The position numbers and the translations under genes were made by a program. The notes beneath the pieces were generated by a model. It did no database searches. It was not told where the DNA came from and saw only the letters and a program-made list of their open reading frames with translations. From Endomicrobiia bacterium (GTDB lineage Bacteria; Elusimicrobiota; Endomicrobiia; DTEH01): DNA of 64,000 bases. The stretch lies in assembly GCA_039630545.1 (NCBI GenBank), contig JBCNUU010000003.1, positions 28,820-92,819 on the forward strand, written 5' to 3'. Positions 9,225 through 19,124 of the stretch are shown here, in pieces (positions within the stretch are counted from its first letter, which is position 1; the number at the start of each line of letters is the position of its first letter).

Positions 9225-10805
9225 TTACCAAGGAATTCCACTTGGTGGGATAGTCTGCCAGAGTTTTCTAACTAACACTATATTTAAACTTGGCAGATTT
9301 AAATTTTCATCAAAAAAAACTATTGAGTACTCAGAAACTCCTGTTCCGCGCTGAACATTACCTACAACCCAGACAGCACCATATATATCCATTGGTCCTT
9401 CCATATTGTAGTTTCCTCCTACATAAAGAAACCCGGCTAAACCAACATCTGTATTTTTAGCCACAGGCCCACCAGACCAGGTTTCTAACCCAAATCTAAA
9501 AACATTTCTTACCTGTTTTAAACCATTATCAGCAGGATATTGATTAAGAGAAGCAGTGTCTATTTTCTGGTATTCCATATAAGCTTCGGGTGGTACTTTA
9601 CATTCAGCATCAGTTAATCCTGTATTAGGATTTCCTGTCCACTTTAAGTTATCTCCTGTATAATTTGTAAAATTACCACGAATAATAAGCTGTCCTTTAA
9701 TTCCACACCCATTTTCTGCTGTACCTCCTGTCATTATCAAATCCCCATCATAATACCAAACACGCCCGGCTAACTTAGCTGGGTGTCTCCATGGATTCTG
9801 CAGATGCGGCCTGCCATCATGGTTTTGTCCTGGATTTAAATTACAGGAAGATAAATTCTCATATGAAACTTGATTGTTGTCTGTCCTGACTGAAACTCTT
9901 TGCCAGTATTTAGGACCCCTGTAACTATTCATAGAAGAACACGCATAAAAATTTAGAGTATTTATTGTAGCTGAACTCATCACATTAAGAGTTGGATAAT
10001 AATTTTTAAACCAACCAGCAGGAGGAGGAGCATTTGTGTTGTAAACTTTAAGCCACATAAACCGTCTATAAGTTCTGCCGCCTGAAGTTATTGTATCAAC
10101 ATATTCCAGATAAGTGGCAACATTTACAGCAGCAGAAGAACTCAAAGCAGCAAAGTCTAAAATTGGCAAATCAGGCACAGGATAGTCAGACCACCACTCA
10201 ACATTATCTGTGTTAGGAGAATCAAGACCGTTGGTATCTCTTGGATAAGAAGGAACAGAAGAAACCACTCCCCTTGCAAATTTTCTTGGGTAGTATTTTC
10301 TTGCAATGTTAGCGTCTGTAATTTCTATGTTGCCGTGTGCCATTACAGGTCCCCAGTGACATTCAAAAGCATTACCAAGATAAACATGTCCTCTTGAAAT
10401 TATTGAGCCTGGAATTGTTAAATTTTTAAAAATTGCTTTTATAGCACGAACTTCAGAGGTAGTATTGTCCTTCCCTTCCGCAATAATCACAACGGATTTA
10501 GGCTCAGGACCACTTGAAAATTTTATTCTATACACACCTCCGGGAATATCATCGTACAATACATCAAAGTTATATCCTTCAACAGGAACGCCCGAAGCTA
10601 TTCTGTTCCATGTATCTGTTGAACTTTTTATCTTCCATAAACCACGGTTTATACCTGCTTCAGCTAAGTTTGTGGCAAGACTTCTTCCTTCTTGTTTTTT
10701 TGCCATTTTTGTTTGATGTCTAACCCAATCTACTATCGTAGGAATAGCAATAACTAAAAACAAAGCTATTGCTATTACCATGGGTAAGACCTGTCCTTTT
10801 TTCAT
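9225..10805 (-). CDS. PilX-N-like large minor-pilin / pilus-associated protein
   Basis: The track start (10820) is a GTG. The ATG at 10805 is preceded by GGAGG (GTGGAGGTAATAAGGATG). N-terminus MKKGQVLPMVIAIALFLVIAIP resembles the PilX N-terminal anchor. The rest is a large Gly/Asn/Pro-rich, probably beta-rich domain. Third gene of the pilin operon. Confidence 0.55.
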   Translation of the reverse strand: MKKGQVLPMVIAIALFLVIAIPTIVDWVRHQTKMAKKQEGRSLATNLAEAGINRGLWKIKSSTDTWNRIASGVPVEGYNFDVLYDDIPGGVYRIKFSSGPEPKSVVIIAEGKDNTTSEVRAIKAIFKNLTIPGSIISRGHVYLGNAFECHWGPVMAHGNIEITDANIARKYYPRKFARGVVSSVPSYPRDTNGLDSPNTDNVEWWSDYPVPDLPILDFAALSSSAAVNVATYLEYVDTITSGGRTYRRFMWLKVYNTNAPPPAGWFKNYYPTLNVMSSATINTLNFYACSSMNSYRGPKYWQRVSVRTDNNQVSYENLSSCNLNPGQNHDGRPHLQNPWRHPAKLAGRVWYYDGDLIMTGGTAENGCGIKGQLIIRGNFTNYTGDNLKWTGNPNTGLTDAECKVPPEAYMEYQKIDTASLNQYPADNGLKQVRNVFRFGLETWSGGPVAKNTDVGLAGFLYVGGNYNMEGPMDIYGAVWVVGNVQRGTGVSEYSIVFFDENLNLPSLNIVLVRKLWQTIPPSGIPW

Positions 10806-10845
10806 CCTTATTACCTCCACAATCTACCTTCTACTTAAACTGCAG

Positions 10846-11340
10846 CTAATTCATAACCATTACCTTTTCTGAAGCCATATGTAGAGCTTTTTTTCTTATT
10901 TCATAAAGATCTTTTTCAAGAGTAAGTGCTATAGAAACTATATTCATTTCATAAGATCGGGGAAAAGTTACAGCAAAGTAAGTTATACTCTTAGAAAGCA
11001 TCTTTGGCTGCATATTACCAATTTTTTCATAAAGTGTTCTTCCAACTTGATAGTAGGAAACAAAGAGACCGTCAACCGTGTAGAAGTCAATTTTTGAATA
11101 AGGAGGCTGTTGAGAGTTATACCTACTTATAACAATTGTGTTACTTCTACCATTTCTTAGGTTTCTCATTATAAGTTCAAGAATTGTTCTTGCTTCTTCT
11201 TGAAGTTCTTTCTGAACTAGAGTAATTCTATAAAAACGCCATATTTGTAAAAACAAAGAAGACACACTCAAAGACAAAATTCCAAACATTGTCACTATTA
11301 TCATTAACTCAACAAGGGTCCAACCTTTTTTATTATTCAT
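10846..11340 (-). CDS. Prepilin-type N-terminal cleavage/methylation domain protein (minor pseudopilin-like)
   Basis: 164 aa. MNNKKG|WTLVELMIIVTMFGIL is a class III signal with Gly at -1 and Glu at +5. Confidence 0.6.
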   Translation of the reverse strand: MNNKKGWTLVELMIIVTMFGILSLSVSSLFLQIWRFYRITLVQKELQEEARTILELIMRNLRNGRSNTIVISRYNSQQPPYSKIDFYTVDGLFVSYYQVGRTLYEKIGNMQPKMLSKSITYFAVTFPRSYEMNIVSIALTLEKDLYEIRKKALHMASEKVMVMN

Positions 11341-11349
11341 AAACTTTAA

Positions 11350-13878
11350 TTACCAGCTAAAATTTCTATTTGTTACCTCGCTTCCTGGAGGTACAAGTAT
11401 ATTTAGTATTTCTCTCCTTGAAACATTAGGATTTCCGTTAGCATCATAGGTTGTGTAATAACCATAAAGGTTATACCTTGTCACAGTAGAACCTATAACT
11501 TCTAATACATAAGTTCCGTCTTCGTAGCTGCTTGTTAAAAAATATGCTGCTGAAGTCAAAGTAGCAGTTGACAAAACAGGTGGTGTTATAATTGTAGCTG
11601 TAGAAGCAATTATTAGCACTCCTGTTGAGATTGGTTTTCCAGAAGCTGTAACTTTACCAGAGATTTTTCCCATAGTACCTGTGATAGTAAAAGTTCCTGC
11701 AAAGACATTAACTCCTGCTGTAACAGTAACTGTGGAAACTGCTGGGATTGAGGTTTCTTTGGCACTAAGAATTGGTTTTATATAATATGTTCCTGAAGAA
11801 AGATTTGAGATGTAAAATCTTCCGTTGTTGTCTGAGACATCTTCACCAACTACAAATCCTTCTATGGTAGTTGCAACTATTGGAATTCCTTCCAGAGGAT
11901 TAATTCTATCTATAGTAACAAACCCTGTGACTTTACCACCCTGAGACAAAATAAAATTCACACCTGAGGTAATTTGAGCTCTTTTTACCTCAACATTTTC
12001 TCTTCTTAAAGAAACATAAAGTGGGTTAAGATTGTGGGGATTACAGGTTACAGTATAAATTCCAGTTGAAGAGGCTAAAAAATAAAATCCTAAAGAGTTC
12101 GTATAAGTAAAACCTCCTGGAGTTTCAACTTTTATACCACCTAATGGTTGGCCTAATAAATTAAGGACTCTTCCGGAAATAAATCCAAGCTCTGTAGAAG
12201 AAGAAAGTTGAGTATAAAAATAAGGTGCATACCAAGCTGGCGAAGTAAAAGCGTTTGGTATGCCCAAAGCCGTAGTACCACCTACATTTACATTGTTTAT
12301 TTCTGTATGCCGTTCATTACTTGAAATCATTACACTCCAGCTACCTGTAGCAACATTTAAGAGAAAAAACAAAGCAACCGGTGGATCTCCGTAAGGCACT
12401 GCAGAAGTAACCTCAGAAACTCCATCATTACAAGAAATAATACTTCCAAAACCTGGACGTCCTGTTAGTGGAGGAAAACTATCCTGAGAATTTTTTGGAG
12501 CAATTTGAATAGGACGCTGAGCACCTGCAAAATCTTTGTTGTTGTTATCTGAATCATAACAGTTTCCCCAGCCAGAAATAAAAACATTAAATGTGGAAAC
12601 TTTTCTTATATATTGCTCGTCTTCTTCAAGACCAAAATTTTGATCTATACCGTCTGTTTCATATAGAGGTGCTGTTCTTTTTGCATTTATGTTATCATTC
12701 AACAAAGCATCCCATCCTACTATATCTATAGGAGTATCTGAAGGTATATGGTATAACACTATACTTCCTCCGGCGTAACGAATGTTGTTTTCATCATAAG
12801 TTTTTATTATGTTCGGATACTCTGGATCTGTATTAGAGAAAACAGCATCTGCTGTTTTTGTTACTCCTGCAACTCTAACAGTAGTTGTGTTTGCTATAAG
12901 ATAGTAACTAAAGGGAGGTAGTATTAATGTATTATAAACAAGCGGAATTTTTCGTAAAGTATCTCCTACAAATGTGGACTGATATTTTATACCTATGATA
13001 CCAGAAGACACAGAAACAGCCATCTGCCAGTAAAAAGTAGTTGGATTATAAAGCTCTATATATTCCTGAACAAACCCATTAGGCGCTCTTGTAGAACCCA
13101 CAATTTGGGAAATTACGATTCTATCGTTAATCCATACATATCCATACACGGTACCTGTAGATATAGGCTGTAAATCAAAGTTTAATGTTTGAGGATTTGC
13201 TCCTACTGTAATCTGTTTTATTGAAGGATAAAATCCTCTAAGAGTGGCCATAACATTATATGTTCCAAAAGGTACTCTTATACTATAATCTCCTGCAGCG
13301 TTAGTATAGTCCCTGCATCCAATATTCTCTGCTACAACAACTAAAGCATCTTTTAGGCCTTGCAAATTAGCTGCATTTCTTACTTTCCCCATTATCTGAC
13401 CTCTAAAAGCCTCCATAGATGGGTTTGCTTCTATACTCTTAAGTGTAACATACTTCTTTCCAAAAGGAGAATCATACACAACTGATACCTGAATAGACTT
13501 CATTCCTTGATCAGGAGATCCTGGAGGAAGGGGATGAATTTTTCCGTCAATCTCCTGAACAGAACAGACATAAGTAAATCTTTTAAAATTGATTCCTCCT
13601 TCAAGAATATTTTCTGGTGGAAAATACTCTGTATCATATGGGATAGGCGGAGTTACTTCTGTATAATAAGAAGGAGCTGGAGTTACTAATATTCTATGAT
13701 AAGGTTTTTGACGCAAAATTTGAATTTTTTCTTGAGCAAGATTTGTTGCTAAAGTTTTAGCTTTTGAAGATATTATACTTTTTGAAATATTTGTAAAACT
13801 TCCAACAAATACTAAAACTGTGACACTCAATATAACTAATGCAGCAACAAGCTCTACTAAAGTTACACCTTTTTTCAT
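11350..13878 (-). CDS. Giant prepilin-like protein fused to a lamin-tail-like domain and several carboxypeptidase-regulatory-like (CarboxypepD_reg) repeats
   Basis: 842 aa. MKKG|VTLVELVAALVILSV class III signal (Glu +5). QEYIELYNPT resembles the LTD core motif. Repeated G.V.......G......Y.I.....GTY units (GTYNVMATLRGFYP, GIYTVTCNP, GTYYIKPIL, GTYVLEV). Confidence 0.6.
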   Translation of the reverse strand: MKKGVTLVELVAALVILSVTVLVFVGSFTNISKSIISSKAKTLATNLAQEKIQILRQKPYHRILVTPAPSYYTEVTPPIPYDTEYFPPENILEGGINFKRFTYVCSVQEIDGKIHPLPPGSPDQGMKSIQVSVVYDSPFGKKYVTLKSIEANPSMEAFRGQIMGKVRNAANLQGLKDALVVVAENIGCRDYTNAAGDYSIRVPFGTYNVMATLRGFYPSIKQITVGANPQTLNFDLQPISTGTVYGYVWINDRIVISQIVGSTRAPNGFVQEYIELYNPTTFYWQMAVSVSSGIIGIKYQSTFVGDTLRKIPLVYNTLILPPFSYYLIANTTTVRVAGVTKTADAVFSNTDPEYPNIIKTYDENNIRYAGGSIVLYHIPSDTPIDIVGWDALLNDNINAKRTAPLYETDGIDQNFGLEEDEQYIRKVSTFNVFISGWGNCYDSDNNNKDFAGAQRPIQIAPKNSQDSFPPLTGRPGFGSIISCNDGVSEVTSAVPYGDPPVALFFLLNVATGSWSVMISSNERHTEINNVNVGGTTALGIPNAFTSPAWYAPYFYTQLSSSTELGFISGRVLNLLGQPLGGIKVETPGGFTYTNSLGFYFLASSTGIYTVTCNPHNLNPLYVSLRRENVEVKRAQITSGVNFILSQGGKVTGFVTIDRINPLEGIPIVATTIEGFVVGEDVSDNNGRFYISNLSSGTYYIKPILSAKETSIPAVSTVTVTAGVNVFAGTFTITGTMGKISGKVTASGKPISTGVLIIASTATIITPPVLSTATLTSAAYFLTSSYEDGTYVLEVIGSTVTRYNLYGYYTTYDANGNPNVSRREILNILVPPGSEVTNRNFSW

Positions 13879-14063
13879 TTCCTATATATATTTATATACA
13901 CAAAAATAAAAAAAGACAACTTTTATTTCAAAATTTTTTATTAAATTTTAAAATGTCTTTACATATCTTAAAATTTTTTAAAAAATAGGTTTAAATTACA
14001 CTTACATAATTTTTACAAAGAACAAATAGACGAAAACATTTACTTCCTGAAAGCATAAAATTT

Positions 14064-14318
14064 CTATATAAAAAACTTTTTCTCGGAAAATTTACTAATC
14101 ATTAAGGTTTGAATTTTCTTTAATCCATCATTTAAAAGATCTTTAAGAATTTTCTGAAGTTTTGCTATATCTAAACCTGGATTTAGCACTATCTCTTCAA
14201 CTTCCATCTTACCGTTTATCTTAACCTTCACTCCTTCTTTCTCAACCACTATACTTTCTTTAGATAAAGTTTCATTTAACTCTTTAAGCATCTTTATATT
14301 TTTAAAAAATTCAAACAT
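14064..14318 (-). CDS. YbaB/EbfC-like nucleoid-associated protein (tentative)
   Basis: The track start is a GTG immediately abutting AGGAG. The ATG at 14318 (MFEFFKNIKMLKE...) has better spacing to that AGGAG. Pattern ...VEKEGVKVKINGKMEVEEIVLNP... resembles the YbaB core (G.V.V...G...v.~v.i.p). Confidence 0.5.
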   Translation of the reverse strand: MFEFFKNIKMLKELNETLSKESIVVEKEGVKVKINGKMEVEEIVLNPGLDIAKLQKILKDLLNDGLKKIQTLMISKFSEKKFFI

Positions 14319-14352
14319 ACATCTCACTCCTTTCTGATAGATAAAACAATTT

Positions 14353-15060
14353 TTAATTTTTTGCTTTAATTTTCAATCCAATCCCTTCAGCATATACTAT
14401 GTTCTTGTTATCATCCAGATAAACAAAAAATGTCACCAAATATGGTAAAACCAATTTTATCTTATGAAGGTGGTTGCTTTTTTCTCTTCCCAGGTAATAT
14501 AATTTTATTTTTTCTATTTTCATCTTTTCTTTATCTATAAAATTGAATTCGCATTCATTTATTTTTTCAAAATCCCAGAGAGTAGATACTAATGGAATAG
14601 CATTTCCTGCGGTCAAAATTGGGTATTTAAATTCAAATTTTTTTTCTTTTGTTTTTTTCTCTTTTTTAGTAATTTTACATTCATATACATCATTTTTTAT
14701 AAGTTTATTTTCCATCACAGTAATGATTTCTTTTTTTCCTTCTATTATTGTAAGCATCATAGAATTCAATGGAGTTAAATCATTAAAGTTATATTCTTCA
14801 ATCTCATAATTTTTGGTTTTCCCCATGAAAAACAGAATTGGTATGTCAGCATAGCTATCTATCTCACTATATATCTTCACATTTTCAGAACTTACAAAGG
14901 ATGAAATAGAAACATTTATAAATCCAACTTCTTTTTCTCCACTAAAAATCACAAAACTATAAGTCTTAAAAAACTTTTCAAAATTTTCCCCATATATAAA
15001 ATAAAAAAACATCTGAAAAATAAATAACTTTATAGTTTGTTTCACATGAAACATTTTCAT
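14353..15060 (-). CDS. Hypothetical exported protein
   Basis: 235 aa with a hydrophobic N-terminus (LFIFQMFFYFIYG). No family recognised. Confidence 0.4.
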   Translation of the reverse strand: MKMFHVKQTIKLFIFQMFFYFIYGENFEKFFKTYSFVIFSGEKEVGFINVSISSFVSSENVKIYSEIDSYADIPILFFMGKTKNYEIEEYNFNDLTPLNSMMLTIIEGKKEIITVMENKLIKNDVYECKITKKEKKTKEKKFEFKYPILTAGNAIPLVSTLWDFEKINECEFNFIDKEKMKIEKIKLYYLGREKSNHLHKIKLVLPYLVTFFVYLDDNKNIVYAEGIGLKIKAKN

Positions 15061-15092
15061 ATTAATTCAACCTCTACAAGCATAATTTCAAA

Positions 15093-15509
15093 TTATTCTC
15101 CAATAATTTTAACGAGTACTTTTTTTGGCCTTTGGCCATCAAATTCTCCATAAAAAATCTGTTCCCATGGACCCAAGTCAAGCTTTCCATTTGTAACTGC
15201 AATAACTACTTCTCTTCCCATAATTGTTCTTTTCAAGTGGGCGTGTCCATTGTCTTCTCCAGTAAGGTTATGTCTATATAGACTTTCATCAGATGGAGCC
15301 AACTTCTCAAGCCAATTTTTAAAATCCCATTTTAAACCTTCTTCTTCATCATTTATAAACACAGATGCTGTAATATGCATAGCATTTACAAGACATAAGC
15401 CTTCTTTTATTCCACTTTTTTTGACAATTTCTTCTACTTTTTTAGTGATGTTTATAAACTCAATTTTATTTTTTGTGTTAAATAACAAGTATTCTGTAAA
15501 AAATTTCAT
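15093..15509 (-). CDS. YjbQ/UPF0047 family protein (secondary thiamine-phosphate synthase-like)
   Basis: 138 aa. [13 protein letters not shown]...[17 protein letters not shown]...[25 protein letters not shown] matches my memory of the YjbQ family. Confidence 0.8.
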   Translation of the reverse strand: MKFFTEYLLFNTKNKIEFINITKKVEEIVKKSGIKEGLCLVNAMHITASVFINDEEEGLKWDFKNWLEKLAPSDESLYRHNLTGEDNGHAHLKRTIMGREVVIAVTNGKLDLGPWEQIFYGEFDGQRPKKVLVKIIGE

Positions 15510-16082
15510 ATTTTATGTCCTCTTTCTATTTTGGAAATCTCATCACTTCTACTATAAAGCTTTCTTAAGATTAAAGTAAATTGTTAAATTTTTCTATAAG
15601 CTGTCTTTTTGGATTTTTTTTTGAATGTTTCAAATTCGAGAAATATTAATTTTCTAATTTTTTAAGCACATTAATATCGTTTCTTCATTTTTTCTCATAC
15701 ATTTCTTTAGACTTTCTATAAGATTGTAAAATCTGATGTTCTTTATTTAGATCTTTATATTCAATTTCTTTTTAAGCAAGCTTTCTATGTTTCTCAGGTT
15801 ATTTACTTTTATTTATCTGGTTTTTAAGTGTTTAAGTTGTAGATGTAATTCTATCAATTATTTTGATTTTTTGTTTATAAATTAAAATTATCATTGTCTT
15901 TTAATCTGTGGAAAATGTGGATAAAAATTTTTTTTGTAAAAAACTTCTCGTAAATTCGTAAAAAATAAAAATTTTCAAAAGTAAAACTTAAAGTGGAAAA
16001 ATAATAACATATAACACAAAAACTTTTTCTTTTAAAGAATTTATAAGTTTTATCCACAGCTTTCAAAAATTATTCACAAGTT
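15510..16082. other. Candidate chromosomal replication origin (oriC): AT-rich spacer with a DnaA-box cluster at a gene-orientation switch
   Basis: Perfect TTATCCACA at 16050-16058 (+) and at 15916-15924 (as TGTGGATAA). One-mismatch boxes at 15907-15915 (TGTGGAAAA) and 16070-16078 (TTATTCACA). A weaker box at 15992-16000. All CDS to the left are on the minus strand; the next ~13 kb to the right is on the plus strand. Confidence 0.55.
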
Positions 16083-16514
16083 CTAAATATCAAATATCAC
16101 ATCTACAGAATATCCATTTTTGTTTTTTTTAATTTTTAAATTATGAAAAGTTGCTGATTTTAATTCAAACAAAGCACCGTGTTTTTGTTTGTCATATTTT
16201 TCACCAAAACATGTGTATGAAATTTTCCAACTTTTATCTTCGTTAGTAATTTTTTCTACTTTAAATTTACAAAAAAGAATTTTATTTACAGATGTTTGAT
16301 ACAAAAGATCATTAAGAAAACTGATAAGTAAACCTTCAACATCTTGATCTTCAGTAGAAGAGGAATATTTTTCTTTTTCTTCTATATTGTGAAAATTTTC
16401 ACAAATTATATTATACATTCCATAAGCACAGTTACAGAAAAGTTCTTCTAATGAAGTAGCAGAGGTTCTTATGCCAATGTCTGCTGTATGGTCAATTAAT
16501 TTAAACTTATACAT
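16083..16514 (-). CDS. Archease (RtcB-ligase activator family)
   Basis: 143 aa. N-terminal F.LIDHTADIGIR....SLEELF and C-terminal K.ATFH.L are archease hallmarks. Confidence 0.8.
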   Translation of the reverse strand: MYKFKLIDHTADIGIRTSATSLEELFCNCAYGMYNIICENFHNIEEKEKYSSSTEDQDVEGLLISFLNDLLYQTSVNKILFCKFKVEKITNEDKSWKISYTCFGEKYDKQKHGALFELKSATFHNLKIKKNKNGYSVDVIFDI

Positions 16515-16603
16515 AATTTTTATTATACAAAATTTTAAGATTGAAATAAATAGAAGTTGTATGTTGAAAAATACAGCAACATTTTAGTATAAAAATCAAA
16601 AGT

Positions 16604-17287
16604 ATGGAAAAAAAAATAGTAGCAGTTGTTGATGATGAAGAGGATATCCTGGAGTTAATTAAGGTTAATCTAACAAAGGAAGGGTTTGAAGTTCATTGTT
16701 TTGATACTCCAAAAAAATTTTTTAACTTCATACAGCAAAGAATACCTGATTTAGTAATATTAGATATAATGCTTCCAGGTATAGATGGTTTTGAAATTTG
16801 TAAAAAAATAAAATCCGACGCAAAACTAAACAATGTTCCTGTAATATTTCTTTCAGCAAAATCAGATGAAGTAGATAAAGTTGTGGGTTTAGAGTTAGGT
16901 GCAGACGATTATATCACAAAGCCGTTTTCTGTAAGGGAGCTAATTGCTCGTGTAAAAACAGTTTTAAGAAGACAGCAGACAAAACAAAAAGAGAAGTTGA
17001 TAAAAATTGGCAATATTTTAGTTATTAATCCAGATACATACGAAGTCTTTGTTGAAGGAGAAAAAGTTGAACTTACCACAACAGAATTTAAGTTACTCCT
17101 AGTTCTTGCAGAAAATAAAAATAAAGTTTTCACAAGGGACCAACTTCTTGATTACCTCTGGGGCACTCAAAAAGCAGTTTTGGACAGAACAATAGATGTA
17201 CATATCACACACCTACGAGAAAAACTTAAAAAAGCAGCCAGTTTTATAAAAAATGTTCGTGGAGTTGGATACAAAATTTCAGAATAG
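16604..17287 (+). CDS. OmpR/PhoB-family response regulator
   Basis: 227 aa. Receiver domain (DDEEDI...DLVILDIMLPGIDG...K) plus winged-helix output (LT..EF.LL..L.....VF.R..L...WG....DRTIDVHI..LR.K). Confidence 0.85.
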   Translation: MEKKIVAVVDDEEDILELIKVNLTKEGFEVHCFDTPKKFFNFIQQRIPDLVILDIMLPGIDGFEICKKIKSDAKLNNVPVIFLSAKSDEVDKVVGLELGADDYITKPFSVRELIARVKTVLRRQQTKQKEKLIKIGNILVINPDTYEVFVEGEKVELTTTEFKLLLVLAENKNKVFTRDQLLDYLWGTQKAVLDRTIDVHITHLREKLKKAASFIKNVRGVGYKISE

Positions 17288-17305
17288 AACTTTTATTTTT
17301 AATCA

Positions 17306-18553
17306 ATGAATTTTGTTGAGGATACTTTAAAGTTGTTAATTTTTGGAATTTTAGCGATTGGTTTAGTTGTGGTTTTTTTGATTTTTAAACTTTACTCTAT
17401 AAAAAAATTTCTAAAAAAGCTTATCTTAGCAATCCAAAAAGTAGCAAAAAAAAATTTTGATATAAACTTGCCTTCTCAAGGTGACTCAGAAATAAAAAGT
17501 TTGATTGAAAATTTTAATTTTATGGTTTCTGAAATAAAAAATGCAATGGAGGAAATTTCTTATGAAAAAGATCGACTTAAAAAAATATTTTCTTCAATAC
17601 AAGAAGCAGTAGTTTTACTTGATACTGAAGGACGTATTCTATTATACAACGATAAGTTCAAGAAGCTCTGTAAAGTTTCTCCTGAGAATAGACACTATTT
17701 AGAGGTTTTGATTTCTTCTGAGTTTAATGAGTTAATTAAAAAAGTTCTTACCACACAAAAAAATATAATTCAAGAAATAGAAATTTCTTTTGATACTTAT
17801 CTTTGTAGTGTTAGTTTCGTTTCAGAAAAAGAGTTAGTGGTTTTATTTTATAATATCACACAGCACAAAGCCCTTCAGAGTATAAAAAAAGAGTTAGTTT
17901 TAAACATAATTCACGAACTAAAAACGCCACTAACAAGCATTAAAGGATTTTCAGAAACCCTATATGAGGAGATAAAAGATAAAACTTATAGAAATTACTT
18001 AGAGATTATACTTTCTAACACAGACAGATTAATTCGTATAATAAACGAGCTTACTTTACTTTCTCAAATAGAGCACAAAGAAGTAAATCTTGAACTTGAA
18101 GATGTAAATCTTCCAGAAGTTTTAAATACAATAAAAAATCTTTTTGAACACAAAATAAAACAAAAAAATTTAAACTTTTATTTAGAAATAAAAAAAGATA
18201 TGAAACCAATCAAAGCCGATAAATTTTTACTTGAGCAGGTTTTAATAAACCTTATAGATAACTCTATAAGATATACAGAAAAAGGATACATAAAAGTGTC
18301 TGTAACACAAGATCACTCAAATACATTCATACAAGTAGAAGATACAGGAATAGGAATACCTAAAGAGTATCACCAGAGAGTTTTTGAGAGGTTTTTCGTA
18401 GTAGACAAAGCCCGTTCAAGACAGACAGGTGGAACTGGTCTGGGACTTTCTATAGTAAAACACATAGTAGAGATTCACAAAGGAGAAATTTTTTTGGAAA
18501 GCCAGGTAGGTGTAGGTACAAAGTTTACGGTGGTACTGAATAATAAAATATAA
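17306..18553 (+). CDS. PhoR-like sensor histidine kinase (TM-HAMP-PAS-HisKA-HATPase)
   Basis: 415 aa. H-box IHELKTPLTSIKGF, N-box LINLIDNSIRYT, G-boxes EDTGIGIP and GGTGLGLSIVK. Lies 18 nt after the response regulator. Confidence 0.8.
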   Translation: MNFVEDTLKLLIFGILAIGLVVVFLIFKLYSIKKFLKKLILAIQKVAKKNFDINLPSQGDSEIKSLIENFNFMVSEIKNAMEEISYEKDRLKKIFSSIQEAVVLLDTEGRILLYNDKFKKLCKVSPENRHYLEVLISSEFNELIKKVLTTQKNIIQEIEISFDTYLCSVSFVSEKELVVLFYNITQHKALQSIKKELVLNIIHELKTPLTSIKGFSETLYEEIKDKTYRNYLEIILSNTDRLIRIINELTLLSQIEHKEVNLELEDVNLPEVLNTIKNLFEHKIKQKNLNFYLEIKKDMKPIKADKFLLEQVLINLIDNSIRYTEKGYIKVSVTQDHSNTFIQVEDTGIGIPKEYHQRVFERFFVVDKARSRQTGGTGLGLSIVKHIVEIHKGEIFLESQVGVGTKFTVVLNNKI

Positions 18554-18579
18554 ATAATATAAATTTAAAGTTTATTTTT

Positions 18580-19074
18580 ATGCCTTGTTTTATCCTTGAT
18601 GGTTATAATATAATAAAAGGTTCAGAAAAATTTTATGCGAAAGACATTTCTTTGCGTATAGAAAAACTTATAAGATTTTTAATTGAGCAGAAACCTCAGG
18701 GTTCCTATAAAAATAAAGTTGTAGTTGTTTTTGATGGTTCGCCACAGATTTCATATTCAAACTACATAAATCTTAAAAGTTACAATATACAAATAATTTT
18801 TTCTTACTCTCAAACAGCTGATGAAAAGATAAAGAAAATTGCAGAAACTACAAAAAATCCAAAAGATTTCATTGTAGTTTCAGATGATAAAGAGATTGTA
18901 TATTATGTTAAATATTGTGGTTTAAGAGTATTATCTGTAAAGGAATTTATAAAAGAACACAAACAGTCAAAAAAATTCTCATATAGAAAGCTTAAAGGTG
19001 AAGATAAATTTAACTGTCCTGTTGAAGAACTTAATGATATAACAAAGGAACTCAAAGAAAAGTTTAAAATTTAG
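18580..19074 (+). CDS. YacP/Rae1-like NYN-domain (PIN-like) ribonuclease family protein
   Basis: 164 aa. ILDGYNIIKG...VVVVFDG...IIFSYSQTADEKI pattern is typical of DUF901/NYN YacP. Confidence 0.65.
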   Translation: MPCFILDGYNIIKGSEKFYAKDISLRIEKLIRFLIEQKPQGSYKNKVVVVFDGSPQISYSNYINLKSYNIQIIFSYSQTADEKIKKIAETTKNPKDFIVVSDDKEIVYYVKYCGLRVLSVKEFIKEHKQSKKFSYRKLKGEDKFNCPVEELNDITKELKEKFKI

Positions 19075-19124
19075 TTATTCTGTTAATTTATCAATATCAA
19101 GAAAGATATTTTAGGAGGACGAAA

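Noticed and set aside
15875-16066. 63-aa minus-strand ORF in the long intergenic spacer
   Set aside because: It has a Phe/Lys/Tyr-rich low-complexity translation typical of AT-rich non-coding DNA and no RBS. It spans the DnaA-box cluster, so I interpret the region as non-coding (candidate oriC).
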